Shown here: positions 1 to 8,046 of the stretch, one piece after another | Layout of the letters: every line of letters begins with the position of its first letter | How positions within the stretch are numbered: position 1 is the stretch's first letter | Assembly (NCBI RefSeq): GCF_000023965.1 | Contig: NC_013202.1 | Location: 270,001 to 302,000 of the forward strand | DNA length: 32,000 bases | Reading direction: 5' to 3' | DNA from: Halomicrobium mukohataei DSM 12286 | GTDB taxonomy: Archaea > Halobacteriota > Halobacteria > Halobacteriales > Haloarculaceae | Position numbers and translations under genes: made by a program | Notes under the pieces: model-generated | The model's database searches: none | Told to the model about the DNA's origin: nothing | The model's input: only the letters and a program-made list of their open reading frames with translations

Positions 1-246
1 CCCGTTCTGTCCATGCAGTGTACGGCGGGCCCCCGCCAAATAAATACTGCAGTTCTCGGAGAGTATTTTTCGCGGTTAGAGAGGTGGAACTTCCGTCGGT
101 GGGTGAACGCGAGTCAAATAATATCGGAATTATACGAGAGGTATTCGAGAGTGTGTCGAGTGACCACGTGGTGTGTTCGGAGCGGTTTATCGGCGTAGGA
201 TTTTAGTGAGAATCGCGCGTAGAGACACACGAGGAGGTGAATCGTG

Positions 247-471
247 ATGACTGCCAGTACGAAACGGAACGTTCCTCGGAACGGTAATCGAACTGCGCTG
301 TCGCGATACGACCTCGTGCTGGCCGTCATTCCGACGGCCTTCGTCGTTGCGCTGCTGTCGAACGTCCTCTTTGGTATCCCGCTGCGAACGGTGTTGCCGG
401 CCAGTTCGCTGGTCGGCGTCCTCGCACTCGCCGACACGCTGTACGTCAATCCGCCGATCGACGGGAGGTGA
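247..471 (+). CDS. small membrane protein with two predicted TM helices, function unknown
   Basis: ORF track 244..471. ATG at 247 is preceded by GGAGGTGA (233-240). Third codon positions are GC-rich. Hydrophobic stretches LVLAVIPTAFVVALLSNVLF and LPASSLVGVLALA. The stop TGA at 469-471 is also the left 3-bp flank of the adjacent repeat element. Confidence 0.5.
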   Translation: MTASTKRNVPRNGNRTALSRYDLVLAVIPTAFVVALLSNVLFGIPLRTVLPASSLVGVLALADTLYVNPPIDGR

Positions 472-549
472 TACTACCGGCTGTAAATCTGTCACGGATT
501 TCGCCACCTCGGGGTGGCGAATATCTGAACGAAGTGACAGCCGGCAGTA
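472..549 (+). mobile_element. MITE-like palindromic element, family 1 (78 bp), copy 1
   Basis: TACTACCGGCTGTAA...TTACAGCCGGCAGTA terminal inverted repeats and a central palindrome TTCGCCACC-TCGG-GGTGGCGAA. 70/78 identical to copy 3 (16753-16830) in the same orientation. Flanked by direct TGA (469-471) and TGA (550-552). Confidence 0.65.
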
Positions 550-814
550 TGAAACCGACGGGCGAGTTACCACTGTCTGGCGCGTCGGGATCGCTCAGTG
601 ATCGGTACGTCGACGAGGGGGAGACAGACCGCAAGCGAGCACGGACGGAGAACGGTCTCGCCAACCTGGTTGGGCACACGTTTTATCAGTCCGGTTACCG
701 TATATAACAATCACGTGACCATCTCACTCTCGTCGGTCGACCGTTTCAATCCCGACGAGGCAACCGGGTTCGACGACTGGCACCGCTTGCAGATCCAGAC
801 AAAATGCACTTCCA

Positions 815-1780
815 ATGGTAGACACTGACGATATCAAGGCGAGTAAATCGATTCAACAGCGCACTGGCCGGACCTTCCACCTGGCGACCCGCGTCCTCCC
901 CAAGCGGATCCGCCACGCCACGTACGTCCTCTATGCGTTCTTCCGGGTAGCCGACGACGTGGTCGACCAGCCCGACGGCCCGGGGCCGGCGGTCCAGCAC
1001 GAGCGCCTCGAAGAGATCCGAGAGGCCGCCCTCGGTCACGCCTCGGCGACGGGCGACGACGCGGCGGTACTGGAAGCGTTCGCGGAGTTGCGCGAGCGTC
1101 ACGACATCCCCGACGAGGAGGTCAACGTCTTCATCGACGCGATGGAGATGGACATCGCCCGGGCCCGCTACGAGACGTTCGACGACCTCGTGGAGTACAT
1201 GCGCGGGTCGGCCGTCGCCGTCGGCAACATGATGATGGACGTGATGGACGTCGAACAGCCGGAGACGGCACGGCCACACGCCGCGGCGCTGGCCGAGGCG
1301 TTCCAGCTGACGAACTTCCTCCGGGACGTGCGCGAGGACATCCACGAGTACGGTCGAGTTTACCTGCCCCAGGCGACGCTTGCGGAACACGGCGTCACCG
1401 AGGACGACCTCGCCGAGGCGACCGTCACCGACGACTTCCGGGCGGTGATGCAGACGGAGCTGGCCCGGACAGAACGACGGTACCACGAGGGTGTCGCCGG
1501 AATCAGATACCTCCCCGAGGACAGCCAGTTCGCCGTCCTCCTGTCGGCGGTACTGTACGCCGAACACCACCGACTCATCAGAGCACGGGGCTACGACGTG
1601 CTCACCGAGACGCCCGAGCTCACCCGCCGTCGGCGGCTCTGGCTGCTGGCCCGGACCTGGTGGCACTGGCGTCGCCACCACGATCCCGAGGCCGCGTTCT
1701 ACGCGGTCAGTGCGATCTCCGAGCCGTCGCCCGCCGCGGAGACGCCGGTCGGCGTCCGAGATTCGAGCCAGCCGGCCTGA
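815..1780 (+). CDS. crtB: phytoene synthase (squalene/phytoene synthase family)
   Basis: 321 aa. Asp-rich motifs YAFFRVADDVVD and NFLRDVREDIHEYGRVYLP are typical of head-to-head prenyl synthases (CrtB). Confidence 0.9.
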   Translation: MVDTDDIKASKSIQQRTGRTFHLATRVLPKRIRHATYVLYAFFRVADDVVDQPDGPGPAVQHERLEEIREAALGHASATGDDAAVLEAFAELRERHDIPDEEVNVFIDAMEMDIARARYETFDDLVEYMRGSAVAVGNMMMDVMDVEQPETARPHAAALAEAFQLTNFLRDVREDIHEYGRVYLPQATLAEHGVTEDDLAEATVTDDFRAVMQTELARTERRYHEGVAGIRYLPEDSQFAVLLSAVLYAEHHRLIRARGYDVLTETPELTRRRRLWLLARTWWHWRRHHDPEAAFYAVSAISEPSPAAETPVGVRDSSQPA

Positions 1781-1906
1781 CGCCCGACAATCTACAGCGC
1801 CGGTCCGGAGGTTCGACTGCCTCGTTTTACCGGACGCCAGCACGTGAGCGGCCGCTCCTCGTCGGTGGGTTCGGTCGGCGAAAAGAGAGCGGAAAACGAG
1901 CGAGCG

Positions 1907-2497
1907 TTACTTCCCGCGGCCGCGGTTGCTACGGAGGCTCGGGCGGATGTGTTCGGCACCCTTGCCGCGCGTGTCCAGTCCGCGGTTGCGCTTGCCGGCA
2001 CCGGTCAGGCCGCGTAGCGCGCGGTCGGTGTGGTCGTCGTCTGCGATCCAGCCCAGGTCGTCGTCGTTCTGGATCGCGGGGTGTTCGGGGTCGACGAGGA
2101 TGATCTCGTGCCACTTCTGGCGGCCGTCTTCTCCGACCCAGTAGCTGTTGAGCACGCGGAGGTTCGGGTACGTGCGGGTGGCCCGTTCCTCGGCGACGCG
2201 CTGGATGTCCTTGCGGCGCGTGATGCGGGTGACGCCCTGGCGCTTCGAGCGTCGACCGGCCTTGAATCGCTCCTTGCGAGCCCCGCCCTTGCGGACGGAC
2301 GTTCGCACGACGACGACGCCTTGCTTTGCCTTGTAGCCCTGCGAGCGGGCCTTGTCGAGGCGGGTCGGGCGTTCGATGCGCTCGATAGCGCCCTCTTCGC
2401 GCCAGTCCTGCTGTCGCTGCCACTGGAGTTCGGCGAGCTTGCCGTCGTCCGGGTTCTGCCACGCTTCTCGAATGTAGGAGTACGAACTTCGTGCCAT
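1907..2497 (-). CDS. rpl15e: 50S ribosomal protein L15e
   Basis: The track ORF 1907..2584 contains MARSSYSYIREAWQNP... from the internal ATG at 2497. It is a very basic 196-aa protein with a characteristic L15e N-terminus and a KKGGARKERF-like core. The upstream 29 codons look non-coding. Confidence 0.93.
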   Translation of the reverse strand: MARSSYSYIREAWQNPDDGKLAELQWQRQQDWREEGAIERIERPTRLDKARSQGYKAKQGVVVVRTSVRKGGARKERFKAGRRSKRQGVTRITRRKDIQRVAEERATRTYPNLRVLNSYWVGEDGRQKWHEIILVDPEHPAIQNDDDLGWIADDDHTDRALRGLTGAGKRNRGLDTRGKGAEHIRPSLRSNRGRGK

Positions 2498-2723
2498 GTG
2501 TGTATCACCACGGGCGTTGCGTGGTTCAACGCCGGAATCGTCCGGAGTCACATCCCGACCTGTACGACCCGTCGATCGGTCCATGCAGGTGCCCGCTGGT
2601 GCCCGTCGTCCAGCGAGTTACTCACTGCTTCCCGGCTTGCGCCCTTAAGCCATTCGAAGCTGATCGAGACGGGCTCTGCGTGACCACCAACACGCTGATT
2701 GCCGGCCGGTCGCAACGGGTGGT

Positions 2724-3614
2724 ATGCGCGTCGTCACGCTGCTGCCGTCGGCGACCGAGATCGTCTACGCGCTCGGCGTCGAGCCGGTCGGCGTCTCCCA
2801 CGAGTGCGACTATCCCCCGGCGGCCAGCGAGCAGCCGTCGGTGAACCGCTCGCGGGTCGATCCGACGGCCGCGAGCGGCGAGATCAACGAGCAGGTCGCC
2901 GCCGCCGAGGAGGAAGGCGTCTACGCCATCGAACGAGAGACCCTGGCGTCGCTCGATCCCGACCTGATCGTCACGCAGGGCGTCTGTGACGTGTGCGCCG
3001 TCGACCACGTCGTCGTCGAAGACGCGGTCGCGGAACTCGGTCTCGACGCGGAGGTGCTGACGCTCGACGTACACTCCCTCGACGACCTCTTCGAGTCGAT
3101 CCAGCGCATCGGAGACGTACTCGGCCGTGGCGAGCGGGCGAGCGAGCTGGTCGGCGACTTGCGCTCGCGGGTGGCCGAGGTCGAGACGACGGCCGGGCGA
3201 GCCGAGTCGACGCCGAGCGTCGCCGTCCTCGACTGGACGGAGCCGGTCATGGTCGCCGGCCACTGGGTGCCCGAGATGGTCGCCAGCGCCGGTGGCGAGT
3301 ACGGGCTGGAGTCGGCAGGCGCACACTCCCGACCGCGCGAGTGGGACGAGATCAGGGCGTACGATCCGGAGCGACTGATCGTCTCGCCCTGCGGGTTCGA
3401 CCTGGCACAGATCCGCGAAAATCTCACGGACCTGACCGAGCGGCCGGGGTGGGCAGAGCTGTCGGCAGTCCGGAACGGGCACGTCACGCTCGTCGACGGC
3501 CACCACTACGTCAACCGGTCGGGACCGCGCCTCGTCGACACGCTGGAGTTCCTCGGCTGGGCGATCCACCCAGATCCGTTCGATCGACCGCCGAGAGACG
3601 CCGTCAGTCGCTGA
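2724..3614 (+). CDS. BtuF/FhuD-like (type 2 periplasmic-binding-protein fold) substrate-binding protein, no signal peptide
   Basis: 296 aa. RVVTLLPSATEIVYALG, DPDLIV and WTEPVMVAGHWVPEMV blocks are typical of cobalamin/siderophore-binding proteins. The N-terminus starts directly in the first beta strand, so there is no Sec/Tat/lipobox signal. Confidence 0.7.
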   Translation: MRVVTLLPSATEIVYALGVEPVGVSHECDYPPAASEQPSVNRSRVDPTAASGEINEQVAAAEEEGVYAIERETLASLDPDLIVTQGVCDVCAVDHVVVEDAVAELGLDAEVLTLDVHSLDDLFESIQRIGDVLGRGERASELVGDLRSRVAEVETTAGRAESTPSVAVLDWTEPVMVAGHWVPEMVASAGGEYGLESAGAHSRPREWDEIRAYDPERLIVSPCGFDLAQIRENLTDLTERPGWAELSAVRNGHVTLVDGHHYVNRSGPRLVDTLEFLGWAIHPDPFDRPPRDAVSR

Positions 3615-4425
3615 CAGACTCCGAGAGCGAGCAGCGGCCGTCGTACTCGGCCTCGGTCACCGACGACAGCGCCGGATCGGAGCCACAGACCGGGCAGTCC
3701 GGGTTCGGCGCGATCGGCACCTCGTCGACGCTCATCTCGCTCGCGTCGTACACGAGCAACCGTCCGTCGAGACTCTCGCCCTCGTCGAGGAACCACTTGA
3801 CGACCTCCGTCGCCTGGAAACAGCCGATCGTCCCCGGCAGCACGCCCAGCACGCCGGCAGTCGCACAGTCCGGCACCGCCCCCTCTGGCGGTGCCGACGG
3901 GAACAGGCAGCGATAGCAGGGACCCTCGCCCGAGAACGTCGTCACCTGTCCCTCGAAGCGATAGATCGCGCCGTGGGAGACCGGCGTTCCGGCCAGCGTA
4001 CAGGCGTCGTTGACCAGGTACCGGGTCCCGAAGTTGTCGGAGGCGTCGACGACGAGGTCGTAGTCGGCGATCACCTCCTCGGCGTTGTCCCGCGTGAGTC
4101 GCGTCTCGTAGGCGTCGACGGTCACGTCGGGGTTGCGATCGGCGACGAACTCGCTGGCGCTGTCGACCTTCGGTCGGCCCACGTCGTCGTCGGTGTGAAG
4201 CACCTGCCGCTGGAGGTTCGACCGTTCGACCACGTCGTCGTCGACGATGCCCAGCCGTCCGATACCCGCGGCCGCGAGGTACTGCAGCACCGGCGAGCCC
4301 AGGCCACCGGCACCGACGACGAGGACGCTGGCGTCCAGCAGTGCCGCCTGGCCGGACGGCCCGACATCGTCCATGATGACGTGGCGCGAGTACCGGTCGA
4401 GTTGTTCGGGATCGAGATCGACCAT
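3604..4425 (-). CDS. ubaA: E1-like SAMP-activating enzyme (MoeB/ThiF family)
   Basis: 273 aa. LDRYSRHVIM, the Rossmann motif VVGAGGLGSP, ERSNLQRQ, and two CxxC pairs (CYRC, CPVC). Colinear with haloarchaeal UbaA as I remember it. Confidence 0.85.
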   Translation of the reverse strand: MVDLDPEQLDRYSRHVIMDDVGPSGQAALLDASVLVVGAGGLGSPVLQYLAAAGIGRLGIVDDDVVERSNLQRQVLHTDDDVGRPKVDSASEFVADRNPDVTVDAYETRLTRDNAEEVIADYDLVVDASDNFGTRYLVNDACTLAGTPVSHGAIYRFEGQVTTFSGEGPCYRCLFPSAPPEGAVPDCATAGVLGVLPGTIGCFQATEVVKWFLDEGESLDGRLLVYDASEMSVDEVPIAPNPDCPVCGSDPALSSVTEAEYDGRCSLSESVSD

Positions 4426-4461
4426 GGCGAACGTGGACCGCCGAGAACAATAAGGCGTGCG

Positions 4462-5451
4462 CTACCGCTGGGCCTGCCAGTCGGCGACGAGTTCGTCGAC
4501 GGCGCGGTTGATGTCTGCGATCTGTTCGGTCTGGTCGTCGGCTTCCCCGGCGATGGCGGCGGTCGACTCGGCGATCTCCTCTGCGGCGGCCGTCGCCTGA
4601 TCGACCATGCTCGCGACTTCCTCAGTAGAGGCGGCCTGCTGGTCGGTCGCGCTCGCGACCTCCGCGATCCCGTCGTTGACCTCCCGGACCGCGTCGCCGA
4701 TCTCGTCCAAGATCTCGACGGACTCCTCGACGGACTCGATACCCTCGTCGATCTCGGCGTTGGAGGTCTCGAGGCTGTCGACTGCGTTTTCGGTGTTGCC
4801 CTGGATGCGACCGACCATCTGCTCGATCTCGCTGGCCTCGGACTGGGCCTGTTCGGCGAGCGACTTGACTTCGTCGGCGACGACCGCGAAGCCTTCGCCG
4901 GCTTCACCGGCACGCGCGGCCTCGATGGAGGCGTTGAGCGCCAGCATGTTCGTCTGGTCGGCGATGTCGTTGATCACCTCGACGATCTCGTCGATCTCAG
5001 CGACGCTTCGCTGGATCGTTCGGACGTCTTCGGTCACGCTGTCGGCGGCCCCCTGAATCCGCTCCATCGCGCCGTACACGTCCTGTGCGTTCTCCTGGCC
5101 CCGATCGGCCAGCGCCGTCGCCTCCTCGGTCGCCGTCGAGACCTGTTCTGAGGAAGACGCGATCTCCTCGACGGCCGCGCTGAGGTTCGACACCTCTTCG
5201 GCGATCTGGCTCATCCCCTCGTGCTGTTCGGCGGCCCGGCCGCGGATGTCGTCGACCTCTTGGGCGATATCCTCGGACGACGCCTGCAGTTCGGCGATCG
5301 AGGTCTGGATCTCGCTGGCGGCGTCGTTGTCGTAGCCCGCCTGCCGATCCACCCGCTGCTCGATCTGATCGTCGATGTCCGTGTCGAGGTCCTCGTCGAG
5401 ATCACTGGCTGTCGAGAGGTCCGGCTCCGCCCGGGGCTCGGTGTCTGACAT
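4462..5451 (-). CDS. soluble methyl-accepting chemotaxis transducer (signalling domain only)
   Basis: Highly conserved MCP tip [38 protein letters not shown]. No TM helix or HAMP domain. ATG at 5451 is preferred over the GTG at 5475 because a TATA-like box sits about 29 nt upstream, which implies a leaderless transcript. Confidence 0.85.
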   Translation of the reverse strand: MSDTEPRAEPDLSTASDLDEDLDTDIDDQIEQRVDRQAGYDNDAASEIQTSIAELQASSEDIAQEVDDIRGRAAEQHEGMSQIAEEVSNLSAAVEEIASSSEQVSTATEEATALADRGQENAQDVYGAMERIQGAADSVTEDVRTIQRSVAEIDEIVEVINDIADQTNMLALNASIEAARAGEAGEGFAVVADEVKSLAEQAQSEASEIEQMVGRIQGNTENAVDSLETSNAEIDEGIESVEESVEILDEIGDAVREVNDGIAEVASATDQQAASTEEVASMVDQATAAAEEIAESTAAIAGEADDQTEQIADINRAVDELVADWQAQR

Positions 5452-5475
5452 TGGTAACCGTTTATCCAAATCCAC

Positions 5476-5483
5476 TTAAAAAT
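5476..5483 (-). promoter_or_regulatory. TATA-box-like element for the MCP gene
   Basis: ATTTTTAA on the minus strand, centred about 29 nt upstream of ATG 5451. The spacing fits haloarchaeal leaderless promoters. Confidence 0.4.
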
Positions 5484-5589
5484 GGTGTGCCCAACAGAAT
5501 CAAAAGCGATACTGAAGGGAGCAGATGTCGGCCACACCGCCGAAACGAGCGTCTTACCGGTGGCCGTTGCGGTCAGTGTTATAGTAGCC

Positions 5590-5653
5590 ATTGAAAGTCA
5601 ATGCACACCCGATCGCACGACAGCAGTGCGATCGGTGTGTGAATCGTTTCAAT
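5590..5653 (-). terminator. long hairpin abutting the carboxypeptidase stop codon
   Basis: Core stem CACACCCGATCGCAC / GTGCGATCGGTGTG (5604-5618 / 5626-5639, one bulge, 7-nt loop). Outer pairing ATTGAAA (5590-5596) / TTTCAAT (5647-5653). The stop TCA at 5649-5651 (TGA on the minus strand) lies in the outer stem. Confidence 0.35.
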
Positions 5654-7178
5654 TGTTACTATAGCAGTCGTACAGGTCACGGTACTTCGACTCGGCGTAT
5701 TCGAGGAAGTAGTCGGCGGTGAAGGGCTCGCCGGTCGCTTCCTCGATGAGGTCGTCGGTCTCGTAGCGTGCGCCGTGGCTGTGGACGTTGTCCGTGAGCC
5801 ACTCGTGGAGGTCGTCGAACTCGCCGTCGCGGAGCTGTCCGTCCAGATCGCCGATGTCGTCTTCGGCGGCGGCGAACAGTTGTGCGGCGAGCACCGACCC
5901 CAGGGAGTACGTCGGGAAGTAGCCGAAGGAGCCGTGGCTCCAGTGGATGTCCTGTAGGCACCCCTCGGCGTCGGTCTCGGGCCGGACTCCGAGGTACTCC
6001 TCCATCTTGTCGTTCCAGACCTGCGGTACCTCGCTCACGTCGAGGTCGCCGTGGATCAGGTCCCGCTCGATCTCGAAGCGCAGGACGATGTGCATGTGGT
6101 AGGTCAGTTCGTCGGCCTCGACGCGGATGCAGTTGTCCGGGTGGACCGTGTTGGCCGCCTCGTAGTACTCTCGGGGCGTGGCCGACGTGGCGAGGTGGTC
6201 CTCGACAGTCGGGGCAAAGCCCTCCCAGAACGGCCGGGAACGCCCGACGTGGTTCTCCCAGAGTCGGGACTGGGACTCGTGGACCGAGAGGTCTCGAGAC
6301 TCGCCCAGCGGCGTCCCGTAGTGTTCGTCGGGGAGCCCGAGCGTGTACGTCGCGTGGCCGAACTCGTGGATGGTCGAACTGAGCGCACCCAGCGGATCCT
6401 CGGGATCGAACCGCGTGGTCACGCGGGCGTCGAACTGCGTCCCGGTCGAGAAGGGATGTGGCGCAGTGTCGAGTCGCCCGCGGTCCCAGTCGTAGCCCAG
6501 GTAGTCAAGCGCCGACCGAACGAGGTCCTCCTGTGACGCCTCGTCGTAGCTGCCACCGGCGAAGGGGTCGGCCAGCGTCACGTCGCTGTCTTTGATGTCG
6601 TCGATCAGCGGGACGAGCGTGTCGCGGAGGTCTTCGAGTGCCGCTTCGGCGGTGTCGAGCCCGAGGTACGGTTCGTACTCCTCGAACAGGACCGCGTAGG
6701 GGTCTCGGTCGGGATCGATCGCCTCGGCGTACTCGCGCTTGAGCTGGACCAGCTCTTCGAGCGTGTCGGCGTAGATCTCGAAGTCGTCCTCGGCCTTGGC
6801 TTCCTTCCAGACCGGCAGCGCGTTCGAGGTGGCCTCCGAGATGCGCTGGACGAGGTCGCTGGGCACCTTCGCGGCGCGGTCGTGCTGGCGGCGAATCTCG
6901 CGGACGACCGCTTCCCGCTCGGGATCGAGGTCCGATCCCTCCAGTTCGTCCAGCCACTCGGCCACGTCGTCGTCGGTCAGGAGGTCGTGCGAGAGCGTCG
7001 ACAGCGCCGCCGACTGCTTCGAGCGGGCGGGTGTCCCCTCGTCGGGCATCATCACTTCCTGATCCCACTGGAGGACACCGGCGGCGTCGCCGACGTAGGT
7101 CAGCTGCTCGACGTGAGCGCGGAACTGCTCGTAGGTGTCGGGCGTCTCTGCGTCGTCAGCGTCGGCTTCCGTTGCCAT
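5649..7178 (-). CDS. M32 family carboxypeptidase (carboxypeptidase Taq-like)
   Basis: 509 aa. HEFGHATY zinc motif, HESQSRLWEN and IRVEADELTY blocks diagnostic of peptidase family M32. Confidence 0.9.
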   Translation of the reverse strand: MATEADADDAETPDTYEQFRAHVEQLTYVGDAAGVLQWDQEVMMPDEGTPARSKQSAALSTLSHDLLTDDDVAEWLDELEGSDLDPEREAVVREIRRQHDRAAKVPSDLVQRISEATSNALPVWKEAKAEDDFEIYADTLEELVQLKREYAEAIDPDRDPYAVLFEEYEPYLGLDTAEAALEDLRDTLVPLIDDIKDSDVTLADPFAGGSYDEASQEDLVRSALDYLGYDWDRGRLDTAPHPFSTGTQFDARVTTRFDPEDPLGALSSTIHEFGHATYTLGLPDEHYGTPLGESRDLSVHESQSRLWENHVGRSRPFWEGFAPTVEDHLATSATPREYYEAANTVHPDNCIRVEADELTYHMHIVLRFEIERDLIHGDLDVSEVPQVWNDKMEEYLGVRPETDAEGCLQDIHWSHGSFGYFPTYSLGSVLAAQLFAAAEDDIGDLDGQLRDGEFDDLHEWLTDNVHSHGARYETDDLIEEATGEPFTADYFLEYAESKYRDLYDCYSNN

Positions 7179-7256
7179 GCAACTGTGTTACAACGGCCGT
7201 CGTATAATCCCCGCGACGAGGGAAAGATTCACAGCCTCTCTGGTCGGGCCGTCGGT

Positions 7257-7643
7257 ATGGAACGCGAGACCGTCGATAGCGGCACTGAGTGGGAAGCCGA
7301 AGTGGGCTACTCTCGCGCCGTTCGCGTCGGCGACCGAATCGAGGTGTCGGGGACGACCGCCACCGACGAGGCGGGCGGGGTCGTCGGCGTCGGCGATCCG
7401 TACGCACAGGCAGCGAAGGCGATCGAGAACATCGAGACGGCGCTGGAGACCGCCGGAGCGGGGCTCGAAGACGTGGTCAGGACGCGCATGTTCGTCACGG
7501 AGATCGAGAACTACGAGGCCGTCGGTCGTGCCCACCGCGAGGCGTTCGGCGACGTGCGGCCGGCGACGAGCATGTACGAGATCGAGCGCCTCGTCGATCC
7601 GGACCTGCTCGTCGAGGTCGAAGCGGTCGCGATCAGCGAGTGA
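7257..7643 (+). CDS. RidA/YjgF/UK114 family protein
   Basis: 128 aa from the internal ATG 7257 of track ORF 6882..7643. The sequence before that ATG is a shadow of the carboxypeptidase gene. Typical size and blocks (GDRIEVSGTTA, RTRMFVTEIENYEAVGRAHREAFG, C-terminal LVEVEAVA). Confidence 0.8.
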   Translation: MERETVDSGTEWEAEVGYSRAVRVGDRIEVSGTTATDEAGGVVGVGDPYAQAAKAIENIETALETAGAGLEDVVRTRMFVTEIENYEAVGRAHREAFGDVRPATSMYEIERLVDPDLLVEVEAVAISE

Positions 7644-7738
7644 ACGCGCCGGCCACGTGACGACGACCCGAGCGAAGCGAGCCCCCTCGACGGCGGTGTC
7701 GGTCCCCCAGTTTCACGACCGATAACGAGGGAGGGAGT
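7606..7738 (+). repeat. left direct repeat (att-like) of the AT-rich insertion
   Basis: 7606-7728 equals 9966-10088 except for two substitutions (7625 g/9985 c, 7651 g/10011 a). Degenerate similarity continues about 10 nt further. It contains the last 12 codons and TGA of the RidA gene plus about 85-95 nt of non-coding DNA. Confidence 0.9.
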
Positions 7739-8046
7739 CGTGGGAAATATCGATTCTGTGTATGGTTTTTGAGTGATGCCTGCTGATACATTTGATGACG
7801 CCAGCAGGATCAATGAGATCTGCTGAGCAAGTTCATTGGGGCGAATTACCGCTTGGCTGTCTACAGTTCTATCCCAGCCGTAAGTCTACTGAGGAACGTT
7901 CGAAAGCAGAAGCGAAATACCGCGCAGAACGGATTGATATCTGCCCATTTGAGCCCCATCGTCTTCCAACATCTATTTCTAGTAGATTAAAATATTTCCA
8001 ACTATTCGATACATGTATATGTGTCCACTATTTATGATCATTTGTA

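Noticed and set aside
469-552. Resemblance of the element ends (TCATAC / GTATGA) to the E. coli NikR operator half-sites GTATGA-N16-TCATAC, given that nikR is in the window.
   Set aside because: The hexamers here are composed of a target-site duplication plus the element termini and are about 78 bp apart, not 16. None lies in the nikR-cbiM promoter. I regard the resemblance as coincidental.
553-814. A possible regulatory RNA or upstream activator in the 260-bp region between family-1 copy 1 and crtB. It contains a TATA-like GTATATAAC near 696-705, CACGTG motifs and an 8-bp stem CTCGTCGG/CCCGACGAG.
   Set aside because: I cannot recall the Bat/UAS consensus well enough to claim a match, and the structures are short. 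The region is left unannotated.
7792-8037. An 81-aa ORF at the left edge of the AT-rich islet.
   Set aside because: It has no motif, a basic non-halophilic composition and a TTG/ATG start without a promoter-like context. It could be real in a foreign element, but I cannot support it.
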